Shown here in pieces: positions 63,101 to 64,000 of a DNA stretch of 64,000 nt. The stretch is from IMG/VR virus record IMGVR_UViG_3300045988_117002, one strand, 5' to 3'. The notes under the pieces are model-generated. The model did not search any database, had not been told where the DNA came from, and saw only the letters and a program-made list of their open reading frames with translations. Within the stretch, counting starts at the first letter, position 1. Each line of letters starts with the position of its first letter. The position numbers and the translations under genes are program-made. This stretch comes from a virus.

Positions 63101-63978
63101 AGCGTGTCTGAAAAACATTTTAAATTGTTTATTTTAACCAAATTAATATTGAGGCGATACAAATAAATACCAAGTAGGTTGCAGCTAATTTGTCATAACG
63201 TGTAGCGATTCGTCGGAATGCTTTTAATTTCAGAAAATACTTTTCTACTAAATGGCGTTCTTTGTATAACCACCAATCACAATGACGTTCAAATTTAGCT
63301 CCCTTTCGGGATGGAATGGTTGGCTCTCCACTGCGGGCGTACACATAATCAAGTAATTTATTACTGTCATATCCTCGGTCAGCTAACACATTGCTTCCGT
63401 TTATTTCAATTTGATCGAGCAAAGGGATTGCATAATTGATATCATTACGCTGTCCCTCACTGATCATTAAATAAACTGGATATCCATAGGCATCTACTGC
63501 CGCATGGATTTTGGTGCTGGCTCCTCCACGGCTATGCCCGATTTCATTTGAAGGCCCCCTTTTTTTGCACCGGCACTATGCTGGTGCGCCTGAATAATAG
63601 AAGCATCAATGGATAATTCTTCCAATTCTGCTTCAAGACTTAAAATACGGAAAATATTATCAAGGATACCATCATCGATCCATTTTCGGAATCGGCTATA
63701 GACAGTTTTCCATGAACCATAACGTTCAGGAAGATCGCGCCAAGGTGCCCCACTACGTGCAAGCCATACAATTCCATTCATAATGATACGATTGTCTTTT
63801 CTTGGACGTCCTTGTTTTCCAGTATTTTCAGGAGGTAATAAAGGTTCAATGCGAAGCCATTCTTCATCAGTCAACTCATATCGTCTCAACATAGTGAACA
63901 CCCCCTTTTTCTTTATTTTATCATGAAAAAGGGAAATAAAACATGCGTTTTGTGCAATTTTTATTTTTCAGACACGCT
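63101..63978 (-). mobile_element. IS5-family insertion sequence (IS427/IS5-like)
   Basis: Perfect terminal inverted repeats AGCGTGTCTGAAAAA (63101-63115, and complement of 63964-63978), flanked by a CTAG direct repeat (63097-63100 and 63979-63982; YTAR-type target). Confidence 0.85.
63129..63901 (-). CDS. IS5-family DDE transposase made from two frames by -1 frameshifting
   Basis: orfA (63494..63901) MLRRYELTDEEWLRIEPLLPP...GRPRKDNR..NGI.WLARSGAPWRDLPERYG.W.TVY.RF..W. orfB (63129..63467) ..LADRGYDS...ATRYDK. Shifting -1 at A AAA AAG (63559-63567) gives ..GAKKRGPSNEIGHSRGGASTKIHAAVDAYGYPVYLMISEGQRND... Confidence 0.85.
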
Positions 63979-64000
63979 CTAGTACAAATTTAGAAGTTCA

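Larger units (their letters stand above)
62622..64000 (+). pseudogene. HNH endonuclease gene split by an IS5-family insertion
   Basis: The ORF reads ...ARDHYTCKCCGHS, then enters the IS at 63101. Joining 63100 to 63983 restores ...CCGHSSTNLEV.., the canonical C..CG....LEVHH(I) HNH core. The likely start is ATG 62643 or earlier. Confidence 0.75.

Noticed and set aside
1-64000. CRISPR arrays, rRNA genes, and recognisable capsid, portal, terminase or tail genes.
   Set aside because: I saw no regularly spaced 25-40-bp repeats and no rRNA-like conserved blocks. None of the translated ORFs showed structural-module or terminase (Walker A plus nuclease) signatures. The structural genes must lie outside this window.

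Overview
This window is AT-rich, gene-dense phage or prophage DNA. Its expression signals look Firmicute-like: GGAGG-type RBSs, TTGACA/TATAAT promoters, frequent TTG/GTG starts and ATGA stop/start overlaps.

Architecture: there are two divergent arms.
- Positions 1-37.75 kb form a nearly unbroken minus-strand array of about 100 mostly small ORFs. Most have no recognisable function. The recognisable ones are a SAM methyltransferase, a lipoprotein, a 765-aa sigma-like::DUF262 fusion, other ParB/DUF262-type genes, a MazF/EndoA toxin beside a divergent XRE regulator, an integrase-HTH-TnpB trio, several ribbon-helix-helix (RHH) genes and an Arc/Ant-like module.
- Positions 38.8-63.1 kb form a plus-strand arm. 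It encodes a small RHH protein, an AntA-like protein, a GIY-YIG endonuclease fusion, dCMP deaminase, a 907-aa YonO/RdRP-like single-subunit RNA polymerase candidate, a beta-CASP MBL nuclease, a ClpP-like protease, a metallophosphoesterase, HU, a KilAC antirepressor, a second tyrosine recombinase, a DUF262 protein, a RepL-like wHTH protein, and an HNH endonuclease gene split by an IS5-family element.
- Between the arms lie about 4.3 kb with only two small genes. This gap holds three copies of a 14-bp palindromic operator. It also holds a 2.6-kb stretch whose left half is almost C-free and whose right half is G-poor on the plus strand.

RNA genes: tRNA-Met/Ile2(CAT) on the minus strand and a type-II tRNA-Ser(UGA) on the plus strand. 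I also see three orphan promoter-plus-terminator cassettes that are candidate sRNAs. I saw no rRNA and no CRISPR array.

Limits: all function calls rest on motifs read by eye. No database search or folding program was run.
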